Shown here in pieces: positions 13,831 to 26,756 of a DNA stretch of 64,000 nt. Source of the stretch: Callorhinchus milii. Its lineage: Eukaryota. Position numbers and translations under genes: made by a program. The DNA is taken from positions 104,348,001-104,412,000 of the forward strand of contig NW_024704743.1 in assembly GCF_018977255.1 (NCBI RefSeq). The letters run 5' to 3'. The notes beneath the pieces were generated by a model, which was not told the origin of the DNA, did not search any database, and saw only the letters and a program-made list of their open reading frames with translations. Within the stretch, counting starts at the first letter, position 1. The number at the start of each line of letters is the position of its first letter.

Positions 13831-15189
13831 TATTAAGGTTAATAATTGAAAGGATGTCAATGTTGGGGAACAGTTTACACGTTCATATTTGCATGAAACA
13901 CTCTTAGATCAGATAAAGCACAGAGAGGTTCAGAATAATAACAGTCCTTAAATTTGGTATAGTGCATTCCACATCAGGAGGATGTCTCAAAGTGCTTCAC
14001 TGGATATGTTGAAAAGTGGAGACTGTATTTACTCGTGAATGCACCAGCCCATTTGCGGACAGCAATGTCCCACAAACAGTGGTAAAGTGCAATGAAACTT
14101 CATCAGCTTTCTATGAAATGTGCCTTAATACCTACCTTTGGAAGATCACCTTCCATGCGAAATAAGGTGTGAAATTCACCATTTGCCAGTTGAACAACAT
14201 GTGTGATCGTTCCAGTGCGACTGGCTAGGGTTGACAGGGGCTTGCACTCATCCACTTGACTACATATTCTCCCGAGAAAAGTATTTCTTGCTTTTCTGCC
14301 TCACTCATTAGATTACATCAAATCTTCTCATTGGGAGAAACCATCATTTAGATTCCTTGAGTAGAGACAATATTTCAGGATGGGTAAATGCACTGGTTCA
14401 TAATCAATGAACATAGGAATTTCTAACTTAGTCAGAAAGTAGCACACTGACGGAACAATTCTCAATGTCTGTTTCATTACTATCATGCTGACACTAATTC
14501 CCCACCTCACTACCAGTTGAGTACACAATGGTATTGAGTCAGTGTTGTGTTAAAGAATAAGCATTGGTTTCCAAATGGACTCTGGGAGTTTATATTTATT
14601 TTCATAAGATCACAAGAAAGGTTCAGATGAAAGCAACTGTGTGGCCCTTTTGATCTTGTCCTTCCAGAACACACACCCTACCACCTCCCATCACAATATC
14701 AAGGTGTTTTTAAGTGAGTCTGTTTCTTTTACTTTCCTGTAAATGTTAATCTAACTGTAAATGTGTCTGGGTCAATATTCACCCTTCTCTAATGGTCAGG
14801 TCACCTCCCTGTTCTCTCTTGCTTTGTGTCCAAACCCGCCACTGTACAGTGCTCTGAGGCAGAATCTTATGTGAAGGGCACTATATGAATACAACTTGTT
14901 GTTGTTAAATTACCTAGGGGTAGACATCGTTCTATATAGAAACAACTTGCAGAGTTCCATTGGTATGAGAAGTTCCATAGCTATGAGAAGTTGTGTGATC
15001 AATTTCAAAATTGGAGAGTGTGAGAGGGGGGGGATGGGGGCTGGGGGGAGCGCGGGTTTGTGGAGTATTTGAAAATAACACACTATAATTTGCTTTTCTG
15101 GTCCTGCATATTTCTATGTTTAATGTGGGAACTGTGTAATCTGTCAGACATCAAGTCCTGAATAAGCGCTTTCTCTGATTGATGTTTGA

Positions 15190-15480
15190 TAAGGAGGGGC
15201 TCTCCTGCTTGGCTCCCATCAGTGCCTTTTCACCTCAAGCGCTGACAGCATCAATCTACATGGATGTACACTTCACCCCAGACCATTCAGAATTCTGCAG
15301 TGTGTGTCCTCTTCCGCACCAAGCTTGGTGAGCCTATCATCCGTTGTCTGGCTGCATTGACTTCTCATTCTTCAAGCTCTTCACTTTTAAAGCCCTCCAC
15401 GGTCTTGCTCCAACCTATCTCTGTGACTTTCTAAAGGCCCTACCAACCCTTCCCATCGCTCCACTCGGCTTGCTTCACAC
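15190..15480 (+). mobile_element. Old L2 LINE fragment
   Basis: LFTFKALHGLAPTYLCD. Confidence 0.75.
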
Positions 15481-16370
15481 CTCCCTGTCCAGGTGGAATT
15501 TCACCTCACAAATCTATGAAGAAATGTTTCACTTCATCTTCTGCTAGTTAATGTTCCTCCCCTATATTTTATAATTAGAAAAATTAGCAATGCATATAAA
15601 CTTTCAAGCTCTTGAATAGCGAGCCCCCAAACCAATGCACACAATGAATGACACTGATAAGGCATGATTACACAGTCAGGGAAATAAGGCAAGCAATCAA
15701 TAGACTTCGACAAAGTGGTTACAGCATTCAGAGAGGAGAAACATGCAGTTAAATTCAAGTGTTGTTACTGTCATTCACAAGTTTGAAAAAAAATAACACA
15801 CGTAAATCCTTTATTCACGAATCAGTTACGTACACGTACAACAAACTAGTAATACTGATTCCTGCATTTGATACAATACCTATCATATTAAAAAGTCTGA
15901 AGATGCTTCACAAGAAATTGCTGTCAAGTGTGATTATTGTGTATTTGTAGGCAACGTGGCAGGCAATTTGCACACAGCCAAGTTGCATGAACAGCCCTGA
16001 AGTGAGTGAACAATTGTTTAACCTACGGATTGTTGGCCAAGAAACTCAGAGTGCTATAATCTCAGAGAAATCCTGCTCATTATTCAATTAGGAATGATAT
16101 GGAGGAGTCACAAAAGTTGCATTAAATACACTGATATTTTACAGCTGTTTTACATTTTTATTGTCACTTAGGAAAGTAGAACATATTTTACAAAAATTTA
16201 ACATAAAGACAGTATTTCAGTTTCGGTTGCTTTTTTCTCCCCATAAGTAAGTGTTGTAATTTTTAAGGCGGACACTAATGCTGAATTATTGGACAGAGTC
16301 ATCAATAACAGGCCAATAATACTCGGTGCAGGATGAAATTACCCACAAAAATATACAGTCAATTCACTTT

Positions 16371-17226
16371 GGCTCGCGTCAGCGCCTCCGCACCTCAGGC
16401 GCTGACAGCATCAGCATCCAAGGCTGCACTCTCCACCTCTCAAAGTCAGTAAGGAACCTCGGTGTTCTGTTCGACCCTGAGCTGTCCTTTCTTCCCCACA
16501 TCCGCGCCACAAATAGCACCGCCTTCCAACACCTCGGGAATATCGCCAGACTACGGCACTACCTCACCTCTCACGCTGCTGAAACACTGGTCCACGCCTT
16601 TATCACCTCAAGGCTGGACGATGGGAACTCTCTCTTGGTCGGCCTTCCCGGCACCTCCCTCCACAAGCTGCAGGTCATTCAGAACTCTGCAGCTCGTGTA
16701 CTGTCCCGCACCAGGAATCGTGACCACATCACTCCCACCCTCGCTCGCCTCCACTGGCTCCCCATCCCCCAGAGGATCGAATTCAAGATCCTCATCCTCA
16801 CCTACAAGGCCATTCACGGCCTTGCTCCCTCCTACCTCTCCGACCTACTATCCCCCTACCTACCTGCCCGTAACCTCCGTTCCTCTGGCTCCGGTCTGCT
16901 CCACACCCCCCGCCCTAACCGCCCTACCATCAGTGGCCGGGCCTTCAGCCTCTCAGCCCCTAGGCTCTGGAACTCCATCCCCCAGTGCCTTCGCCTTGCT
17001 TCCTCCCTTTCCTCCTTCGAGGCTGGTTTCAAGACCTTTTTCTTCAACCGTGCCTTCACATCCCCTCTCAACCCTCTACCCCTTGCTCGCTCCCTCCTTT
17101 CCCTCCCCTCACCTTGTCCATTTCCCTCCTGCTCGGGTTCCAGACCCAACTGTCCATTGCCTTGTGTCGCCCTCCCGACTTGAAAGGCTCACTATGAATG
17201 CAATCTTGTTGTTGTTGTTGTTGTTG
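16371..17226 (+). mobile_element. Young 5'-truncated L2 LINE inserted into a SINE
   Basis: Open ORF2 C-terminus (RNLGVLFDPELSF..LHWLPIPQRIEFK); (ttg)n tail; SINE sequence on both flanks (cacttt | acag..gtgaagcgc). Confidence 0.95.
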
Positions 17227-17310
17227 TTACAGTCTGTGAAGCGCTTTGAGACGTCTCGAAGACTTGATAAGGCATTATATTAAATGCAAGGATAATTTAT
17301 TATTTTATAG

Positions 17311-17350
17311 CGAATGAGAGTTGAACCTTGCTCTTTGATCAGGTTGATCC
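17311..17350 (+). pseudogene. Dynein pseudogene segment: linker
   Basis: E*ELNLAL(fs)DQV, cf. EWQKQLALFNQT (TGG>TGA). Confidence 0.45.
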
Positions 17351-17899
17351 ATTGGCCAAGAGCTATTTTTCCCCATCTCTGTCTGTCCAGTTCAGAAACC
17401 AATTTAGAGCCACTAGCGTATTAGCCTTCTGGTTCTTGCATGGTTCGCTGATATGTTTGTGGTGGCTTTTTGGCTGGATCCTTGTGAATGTATTGTATTG
17501 CTAATTGGTTATTTAGACACTGATACTTGCACTTAATAATAATAATAGTCCTTGTATTTTCACGTCAGGAAAACATCTTAAAGCAGGATATAAAGTTATT
17601 CTGTAATGTGTAGTGACTGTGTGGTGTAGGCAAATGCGCCAATGAAATGTAACGTTCTACAAACGGCAATGAAATGAATGACCAATTTATTTGGGGGATT
17701 GTTGGTTAGGAAACTGGGAGCAACTCCCTCTTTTTGAATACAATGTGATCTCTAACATTAACCAACTGAGCCACAGGCACCAAATATATTTAGTTGATGA
17801 TTTTTAAAAGTTAAACCACTATTATGATTTGATAGGCTTCAGCTTTTTTTCTGAGATTTTGTTTGAAATGTGATTTATTTTTGGCTGGTAAATGTGTTT

Positions 17900-18290
17900 C
17901 AGGAATGCAAGGGTAATATAATAACAACTCACAAGATTGGTTTTGATGAACAAGGCCCTCAGAGAACCTGATCTTATCCCTCCAGAATACCCACCCTGCC
18001 ATCTTCCCATCACAGCATCAAGCTGCTTTTTAAATGAATGAGTGTCCTGGCCATATTCCATCCTTCATGACATCCTGTTTTAATCATTAATTATGCTCTG
18101 AGTAAAGAGAAAAGTTCCTGGTATCTGTCCTAAAATTCGCCTTTGCAACTCTACATCTATGTCCTCTTGTTCTACTTTTTGGTGCATCCTGAAGTTTAAT
18201 TTTCAATCCCATTTAAAATGTTATACACCTCTCTAAGGTTCCCTTTGAGTCACCTCCTCTCAACACTGAAGAGCTCAGAATTAAACGGCA
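17900..18290 (-). mobile_element. Old CR1 LINE 3' fragment
   Basis: SFKKQLDAVM-like ORF2 end on the - strand. Confidence 0.55.
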
Positions 18291-18424
18291 TTTCTGAAGG
18301 TGAAGAATACAACTCACAGTACTTTAAGACATTGATTCTCAAACTGGGGTTTGTGGACCCCTAGGGGGCCGAGAGAGGTGTTAGATGATGCCAATGGCAG
18401 GTGACGTGAGAGGAGTGAGGTAAG

Positions 18425-19265
18425 CCCTACAGTTGAACATCAGCAAGACTGAGGCTCTCCTGATTGGCTCGCACTAGCGCCCCACACCTCAGGCACTGGC
18501 AGCATCAGCATTCAAGAATGCACACTCCACCTTACCAAGCCAGTCAGGATCTAGGTGTCTTGTTCGATCCTCAACTGTCCTTTCTCCCCCACATCCATGC
18601 CATGACTGGCTTTGCCTTTTCCCACCTCTGCAACATTACCCGACTCTGCCACTGCCTCATCCTTCAGGCCGCCGAAACCCTCATACAGGCTCGAGTATGC
18701 CAACGCCCTGCATGTTGGCCTTCCCAACTCTTCCCTCCACAAGCTGCAGATCATCCAGAATTCTGCAGTTTGTGTTCTCTCCTACACCAGGCTCCGTGAC
18801 CACATCACACCCACCCTTGCCTGGCTCCACTGGCTTCCCATTCCTCAGAGCATTGAGTTCAAGATTCTGGTCCTCGCCTTCAAGGCCCTCCATGGCCTTG
18901 CCCTTCCTACCTCTCCGATCTGCTAACCCCTCATCAACCTGTCTGCTCCCTCTGCTCAGCAGGCTCTGGCCTGTTCCATGTCCCCCTCCTGGCCCGCCCC
19001 ACCATCAGCAGTTGAGTCTTCAGCCTCTTTGCCCCTACCCTCTGGAACTCCATCCCACACTCCCTTCGCCTCGCTCTCTCCCTTGCCTCCTTCAAGGCAG
19101 CCCTCAAGACCCTCTTCTTTGACCGCGCCTTCGGTGACCCTCCTACCCTCTTTGCCCTCTACCCTCCCTGATCTCATCCCCTCCCCTGCTCGGGTACTAA
19201 TGCCTGACTGTTCAGCACCTTGAAATGTCCTCCCAACGTGAAAGGCACTTTACAAATGTAATTTT
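18425..19265 (+). mobile_element. L2 LINE 3' fragment, frameshifted
   Basis: RLEYANALHVGLP..LHWLPIPQSIEFK. Confidence 0.9.
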
Positions 19266-19399
19266 GTATTGTATTGTACTTGTTAGGCATGCAGAACTCA
19301 GAGTTTGTGTGACATTTATATTAATAATTGTAAGAGTTATTCTATTTTTGTTCATTTTAATTTTAAAAAATCTTTTAAAATGTTGTTTGCGATTAAAGT

Positions 19400-21140
19400 A
19401 AGGTACTCAATTTCTACGGATTTATTTTCAGGGTTCTTAGTCAGGTGCTAATATCATGGGGGCACCTTGATCCCAGAAAGCTTAGGAACTCCTGCATTAA
19501 GAGCATGCAAGCATTCCTAGAAATCCGTGTTAAACTGAAGTATCTTGTAAACTGTAAACTCAACAGGAAATAAGCTGCTTGTGTCATGTTTTTATGGAAT
19601 ATAAGTAGACTAAACACCCTGCACCAAGGTGGCATGAGCTGGTTATTAGAAAATGCGTAACTAAATGTGGATTTGCAGCAATGCTCCAGCACTGGAAACA
19701 TCTTAAAAACATCAAGGTCACAAGGAAAAGAAACCACAATGTTGTATCTGAGACATCCTTTCAGATGGATAAATATTTACTATATGTGTGTGGCTATATT
19801 CGGAATCACCTAGATGAATATCACCTCCTAGATATATGAAGTCTGTCCCTAAGTCATTCAACACAATTCTGTGAATTCTTATCTTTCAGTATCCAAAAAG
19901 TTGCTGGTTGTCTTACATTTACATCCGCTACATCATGTTCTCAGATCCCGAACATTGTCCTGGACAGAAATAAGTCTTCTTACATTATTAGTTTGCTTGT
20001 CTGAGAGGAGCTAGATTTTGATATCTGTAATAATCAGTAATGACCCATGTCAATGGCAATGGATAGCATAACTTATTGGCAGATGAACTCTTGTTACAAC
20101 CATTAAAACGGTCATTATTGTAAAATCTCAAGAACCCAATTCAATAATTTCCAGAATTCTGAAGAATAATCCAGCACTGAAAGTTAGTTGAAACAAACAA
20201 TTTCTAATGACTTATATTGTGAAATACAAGACTTCTCCGTTGAACGTTTGCCCAATGTTGAGAACTATGTTGGAAATGGAATCTAAACTGAAATATCTAC
20301 TTCCATATCAATCCTCATTTGTGCTGCTGTCACTGCACTTAAAATAGACAGTGAGAGTTCAGGAGTTTGGGTAGAACAATATTAGGGATCATGATCATTG
20401 CAACAATTATCCAGTCACTCAGTAGTTAACATCAACAACAACTTGCATTTATATAGCGCCCTTCACAACAGATGGCGTCTCGGAGTGCTTAATCGAACGT
20501 GTGGGTTGATTTGCAGCATTATTTTATCCTGCACATAGTAGAATGATGGAACAGAACAGGGAGTAGAGCTGTTTCACACTATCTAAGGCTTGTGGTGATT
20601 TTTTTGTATAGGGCAGCAAACAGAAGAGACTGCCTAATACACTACAGAGTATACTGAACATATTCTGTATGCTGAAAGAGAGCATTTAAATCTTTTAAGT
20701 TGGATAAGGTGATCTGTTGGTAATACTGTGGGATGCATCTCTCATCAGGAAATTTTTAAATTAAAGAACATTACTCTTGACATTCAATGTTATATTTGAA
20801 AACACAAGGCTGAAAAACTTGCTAAATAGGTTTGTTATATAACAAGCCTGTTTGGTTGCTTTAATGAAAGCTGACAGTGAAGGTCTACTAATCGAGGTTA
20901 AACAAAATATTGAATTTCAAAAGATCATTTACAACTCATGGCTCCATAATACGCAGACCAGTCTTTGTGGGTAAAAAAAGGTCAGGATTTCAGGGCCAGA
21001 GCTTACTATGATCAATAAGGTCCTTTTTGCTTTTAACTTTGGATGGTTTGGGAAAAGGAAATCGATGTTTGCTACAGACGCAAAGTACTTAGCCCTTGTT
21101 GGGGTGGGGGATCCTTAGTGATGAATAGAATTTATTTTTA
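19400..21140 (+). pseudogene. Dynein pseudogene segment: linker end and AAA1
   Basis: QFLRIYF; DSITYWQMNSCY (20062); ENYVGNG; ALKID; LDIQCYI (20776); LLNRFVI*QA; GCFNE; FAFNFGWFGK; IEFIL immediately before the CR1 insertion. Confidence 0.8.
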
Positions 21141-21156
21141 AATAATAATAATAATT

Positions 21157-24100
21157 ATAAGAACATAAGAATTAGGAGCAGGAGTAGGCCATTCGGCCCT
21201 TCGAGCCTACCCCGCCATTCGATAAGATCATGGCTGATCTTCTGACCTAACTCTAATTACCTGCCCTATCCCCATATCCCCTAATCCCTCTATTTTTTAA
21301 AAATCTATCAGTCTCAGCCTTGAAAATGTTCAAGGACTGAGCATCTACAGCCTTCTGGGATAGTGAATTCCATAAGTTCACTACCCTCTAAGTGAAGACA
21401 TGTTTCCTCAACTCTGTTCTAAAAGACTGACCCTTAATTTTAAGACTGTGACCCCTAGTTATAGATTCTCCTACCAGGGGAAACAATCCCTCAGTGTCTA
21501 CTTTATCCAGCCCTTTAAGAATCTTATATGTTTCAATAAGATCTCCCCTAATTCTTCTGTACTCTAGAGAATGTAGCCCTAGTTTATTCAGCCTATCCTC
21601 ATAGGTCAGTCCCCTCATCCCAGGAACTAACCGAGTGAATCTACGCTGCACCCCCTCTAGGGCACGTATGTCCTTTTTTAAATAAGGTGACCAAATCTGC
21701 ACACAGTACTCTAGGTGCCGTCTCTCCAAGGCCCTATACAGTTGCAGCAAGACACCCCTACTCTTGTACTCTAAACCTTTTGCAATGAACGCTAACATGC
21801 CTTCGCCTTCTTAGTTGCTTGCTGCACCTGCAAACTAACTTTTTGGGACTGGTGTACAAAGACACCCAAATCCCTCTGAATACATACACTATCTAATCTC
21901 TCCCCCTCTAGAAAATAATCTGTTTTTCTATTTTTGCTACCTAGGTGAATAACTTCAGACTTCCCCACATTAAATTCCATCTGCCTCCTCCTCGCCAACT
22001 CCCCTAGCCTACCTATATCCCATTGCAATCTTTTTGCATCATCCTCAGAGCTTACTTTCCCACCTAGTTTCGTGTCATCTGCAAATGTAGATATGTTATA
22101 TTCAACGTCCTCGTCTAGATCATTGATGTAAATTGTAAAAAGCTGAGGGCCAAGCACTGATCCTTGTGGCACTCCACTAGTCACATCCTGCCAATTCGAA
22201 AAAGACCCGTTTATCCCTACTCTCTGTTTTCTACCCGTTAGTCACTCTTCAATCTATAAATGGAATCTTGTTGTTGTTGTTGTAATATGTTCCCATTAAT
22301 CCCGTGGGCCTTAACCTTGTGCCTTTTGTGTGGCACTTTGTCAAATGCCTTCTTAAAATCTAAATATACTACATCTACTGGTTCCCCCCTATCTAACCTG
22401 CTAGATACATCTTCAAAAAACTCTGAAAGATTAGGTAAGCATGACTTCCCTTTTGTAAAGCCATGTTGACTCTGCCTATTCTTGTTATGGTCTTCCAGGA
22501 ATCCCATAACGACATCCTTAATTAAGGACTCAAGAATTTTCCCTACCACTGATGTTAGACTAACTGGTCTATAGTTCCCCATCTTTTCTCTCCCACCCTT
22601 CTTAAATAGTGGTGTTATGTTTGCAATCTTCCAATCAATGGGAACCGTACCAGAATCCTGAGAATTTTGGAAGATCAAAGACAAGCCATCCACTATCTCA
22701 GTAGCCACCTCTTTTAAAACCCTAGGATGTAGGCCATCAGGTCCAGGGGGTTTATCAGTTTTAAGATCTGACACTTTACCTAAAACGATTTCTTTAGTAG
22801 TATTAATTTCCCCAAGTTGCTCGCTAAAATTGTCTTCTTGGTTCCCCTCTATTCTTGGTAGGTTTTCAGTGTCTTCTAAGGTGAAGACAGTAGCAAAGTA
22901 CTTGTTTAATGACTCTGCCATGTCTTTGTCCCCTAACTATAATTGCCCCCATCTCTGCCTCTAACGGACCCACATTTACCTTTGACAGCCTCTTCCTATT
23001 TTTGTAAAAACTCTTGCAGTCTGTCTTTACGTTCCTCGCTAGTTTGCCCTCATATTCCATTTTCTTCCTCTTAATCAATTTTTTGGTTCTCCCTTGTTGA
23101 TCCATAAAGTTCTCCCAATCCTCGGGTTTACTACTCATCTTAGCAGTTTTATAGGCTTCTTCCTTTAACTTTATACCTTCCCTGACTGCTCTAGTTACAA
23201 CAAAAACAACAAGATTGCATTTATAGAGCGCCTTTCACGTCGGTAGGACGTCCCATGGCGCTGGACAGTTGGGTCGGGACCCGAGCAGAGGGGAAATGGT
23301 CAGGGTGAGGGGAGGGAAGGGAGGGAGCGAGGAGGGGGTAGAGAGTCGAGAGGGGAGGTGAAGGCACGGTTGAAGAGAAAGGTCTTGAAACCAGCCTTGA
23401 AGGAGGAAAGGGAGGAAGCAAGGCAAAGGCACTGGGGAATGGAATTCCAGAGCCTAGGGGCTGAGAGGCTAAAAGCCCGGCCACCGATGGTAGGGCGGTT
23501 AGGGAGGGGGGTGTGGAGCAGACCGGAGCCAGAGGAACGGAGGGTACGGGCAGGTAAGTAGGGGGATAGTAGGTCTGAGAGGTAAGAGGGAGCAAGGCCA
23601 TGAATGGCCTTGTAGGTGAGGATGAGGATCTTGAATTCGATCCTCTGGGGGATGGGGAGCCAGTGGAGGCGAGCGAGGGTGGGAGTGATGTGGTCGTGAA
23701 GCCTGGTGCGGGACAATACATGAGCTGCAGAGTTCTGAATGACCTGCAGCTTGTGGAGGGAGGTGCCGGGAAGGCCGGCGAGGAGAGAGTTCCCATAGTC
23801 CAGCCTTGAGGTGATAAAGGTGTGGACCAGTGTTTCAGCAGCGTGAGGGGTGAGGTAGTGCCGAAGTCTGGCAATGTTCCGGAGGTGGTGGAGGGCGGTG
23901 CCAGTTGTGGCGCGGATGTGGGGAAGAAAAGACAGCTCTGAGTCGAACAGAACATCGAGGTTCCTGATTGGCTTTGAGAGGTGGAGAGTGCAGCCTTGGA
24001 TGCTGATGCTGTCAGCGCCTGAGGTGCGGAGGCGCTGACGCGAACCTATCAGGAGGGCCTCAGTTTTGTGCACATTGAGCTGAAGAAAGTTGTCTCTCGT

Positions 24101-24977
24101 CCAGGACTCGATGTCAGACAGACAGGCTGTCAGGACATTGGTGGTCGTGGAGTTGAGGGTAGAGGAGGAAAGGTAGAGTTGGGTGTCATCTGCATACATG
24201 CGGAAGTTAACCCCATGTCTGCGGATGATGTCACCAAGGGGGAGCATATAGAGGGTGAAGAGGAAGGGACCGAGGACAGAGCCCTGAGGGACGCCGCACG
24301 AGACAGTGCGGGGGCTGGAAGAAAAGCCGTTAGTGGAAACAAAATGAAGACGGTGGGAGAGGTAGGACCTAAACCACTCAAGGACAGGGCCTTGAAGGTT
24401 GAGGTGGGAGGACAAGTGGTGGAGGAGGATAGAGTGGTCGACCGTATCGAATGTGGCCAATAGGTCGAAGAGGACGAGGAGGTAGAGGGAGCCCTGTTCG
24501 CGGATGGTCAAGATGTCATTAATGACCTTGACCAGGGCAGTTTCCGTGCTATGGGCAGCACAGAAACCCGGCTGGAGGGGTTCAAATAGTGAATCGGTAG
24601 AAAGGAAAGAGCGCAGCTGGGAGGCAACGACTCTTTCGAGAACCTTGGACAGGAAGGGGAGGTTGGAGATGGGCCGGTAGCTTGATAGCTGCGATGCATC
24701 AAGGTTAGCCACGGTTGGGCCACCTTTCCCGTGGCATTCTTATTGCTCAAAGGAATACGTGCTCCCTGGGAATTTTGCACTATCTCCTTAAACGTCTGCC
24801 ATTGCTAGTCTACTGTCAAATCCTTAACTCTAATTTCCCAGTTTATTTTAGCTAAATCCTCTCTCATACCAGCAAAGTTGGCTCTACTTAAATTTAAGAC
24901 CTTTGCTTCAGAACTTAACTACTTCTCTCTCTAACTTAATGCTAAGTTCCATCATATTATGATCACTTTGCCCTAGA
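21157..24977 (-). mobile_element. CR1 LINE (ORF2 RT region, frameshifted), interrupted by L2 at 23198-24703
   Basis: [56 protein letters not shown]; 3' UTR ending ttcttatgttcttat. Confidence 0.95.
23198..24703 (-). mobile_element. Young L2 LINE with 470-aa open RT-containing ORF2 fragment, nested in CR1
   Basis: [33 protein letters not shown]; (ttg)n tail; gtta duplicated at 23194-23197 and 24704-24707. Confidence 0.97.
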
Positions 24978-26179
24978 AGAGCAAGTATAGTTCTTGCATT
25001 ACATATAGTACTGTTCACGTTGATGAAATGTCTCAAAGCACTTCACAGGATTCAGTGTAAGGTGACCATATATTGTAGACAAACAATATACATACTGCAA
25101 TGTAACACAAACAGACATGAAGTGAATGACTTGTATCTGGTGGCTTGTTGGGGCTGGGAGACTGGAAAATCTTATTTTTGGAGTAGTGCCATGGGATCTT
25201 TAACCTCCACCTGAATAGGCAGACAAGACCTCAGTCTGATGTCTCATCAACTACATACGAGTACATACACTTTTTGACTGATGGGGAAAAGACTTTTGCA
25301 AAGTAATATTAGTTCATAACAGGGGAGATTATTGTCTATTACTATCACAAAGTAGAGGTTGTAGGTTGCACAGGACTGGTGTGTTCGTTTCCCTCTAAGG
25401 TACCATATCGCGGTCCATCAGTTTAAGGTTTGACTCTTTATCAGAATCCGAAATATTAACTCCTCTTTCTCTTTCAAATAGTCAATGGATCTTCAGTGGT
25501 TTTCAACATTTCTATTTTACTTGTGAATTTCCAGCATTCACAAGGTTTCTTTTTGCTTAATCTTTTTGTAGTCTGTAATTGCACACTATCCACATTCTAA
25601 CAATGTGAAAGTTACTGATATTCTAAATTTAGATTGCATTTCTGCCGCTGTTCTCACTGGGGAAGCAAGCTGTGCAGAATCTGCATTATTTTTAATCTCA
25701 TTCCTTGTTTTGTACATGTTCTTTGCTGGGTATAAAACCTATTTAATCCAAGTTCTGACGGCAGTGTTTGGGTTTCAGAGTGACCTTGAGTGTTCAGCTA
25801 TAAATAATGTGACTTCTTATCCCAACCATGTGTGAGGTAGTATAATAACAGTCACATTTATATTGGGGTGAATGTGGAATACTATCACTGCTGATTTGTG
25901 ATGGTTAATGATGATATTCTTGCTATTAAGGTTGAAGCAAATACTGAGTTGATACAAAATAGGGCATCAATATTGTTGACTTAAATGCTGTATTTTTGGA
26001 CTACTGTGTTTTGGTAAAGATACACATAGTGTTATTGCTATTGGGATCACGTTTGACATAACATCCCTTCTGTTGGGGTAACGTATGATATGATAACATT
26101 GCTACTGGGGTAATATAGAATATGGTATCCTTGCAATTGGGTTAATGCATTATATGGTAACTGTGCAGTATCGTAGACC

Positions 26180-26377
26180 CCATTTACGCGCAGCAATGTC
26201 CCACAAACAGTGGTGGAACTATAATACACGGAAAAGCGATCCGCCAATCGACTAACGACCGAATTCCTACTTACTGCTAGGTAAACTGAATCGTGTGGAG
26301 TAAGGAAACTTGCCCAATCGAATCCAGGTCTCTCACTTGTGAGGCAAGTGTTCTAACCACTCAGCTACAGGACTCCA
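26180..26377 (-). mobile_element. tRNA-derived SINE, long variant
   Basis: Reverse complement of the ggagtcctgtagct head plus extra central segment. Confidence 0.75.
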
Positions 26378-26457
26378 TAGCTCATACTACTGTATGGTAA
26401 TATATTTTGCTTAAATGTATGCCCTAGGAAGCATTGGTATTCAGGTAAAGGTACGAT

Positions 26458-26756
26458 GGAGTCCTGTAACTCAGTGGTTAGAGCACTCGCTTTGCGAGCG
26501 AGAGACCTGGGTTCGATTCCCGGCAGGCTGAAACCTTGGGCAAGTTTCCTTATTCCACATGCCTGATAATAATCCCTCAAAAAAAACATTAAATTGGTCA
26601 CTTCAATCCACAACTGTTTGTGGGACACTGCCTTGTGCAATTGGCTGCCGCGTTTCGCCCACAAAATATGCAGTCAATTCACTGTACAGTATATTCTGTG
26701 AAGCACTTTGAGATGTCTAGAAGACGTGAAAAGTGCTGTATTAAATGGAAGGATAT
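26458..26756 (+). mobile_element. Young tRNA-derived SINE
   Basis: Full head, body and tail. Confidence 0.9.

Noticed and set aside
16462..17283. Pro/Ser-rich ORFs (also 23221-23955, 32489-33328, 41089-41715) and antisense G/E/R-rich ORFs
   Set aside because: Alternative-frame or antisense shadows of the C-rich L2 ORF2.
23300..24712. 470-aa RT ORF as a host gene or novel RT system
   Set aside because: 5'-truncated L2 ORF2; the apparent start lies in flanking CR1 sequence; ordinary retrotransposon.
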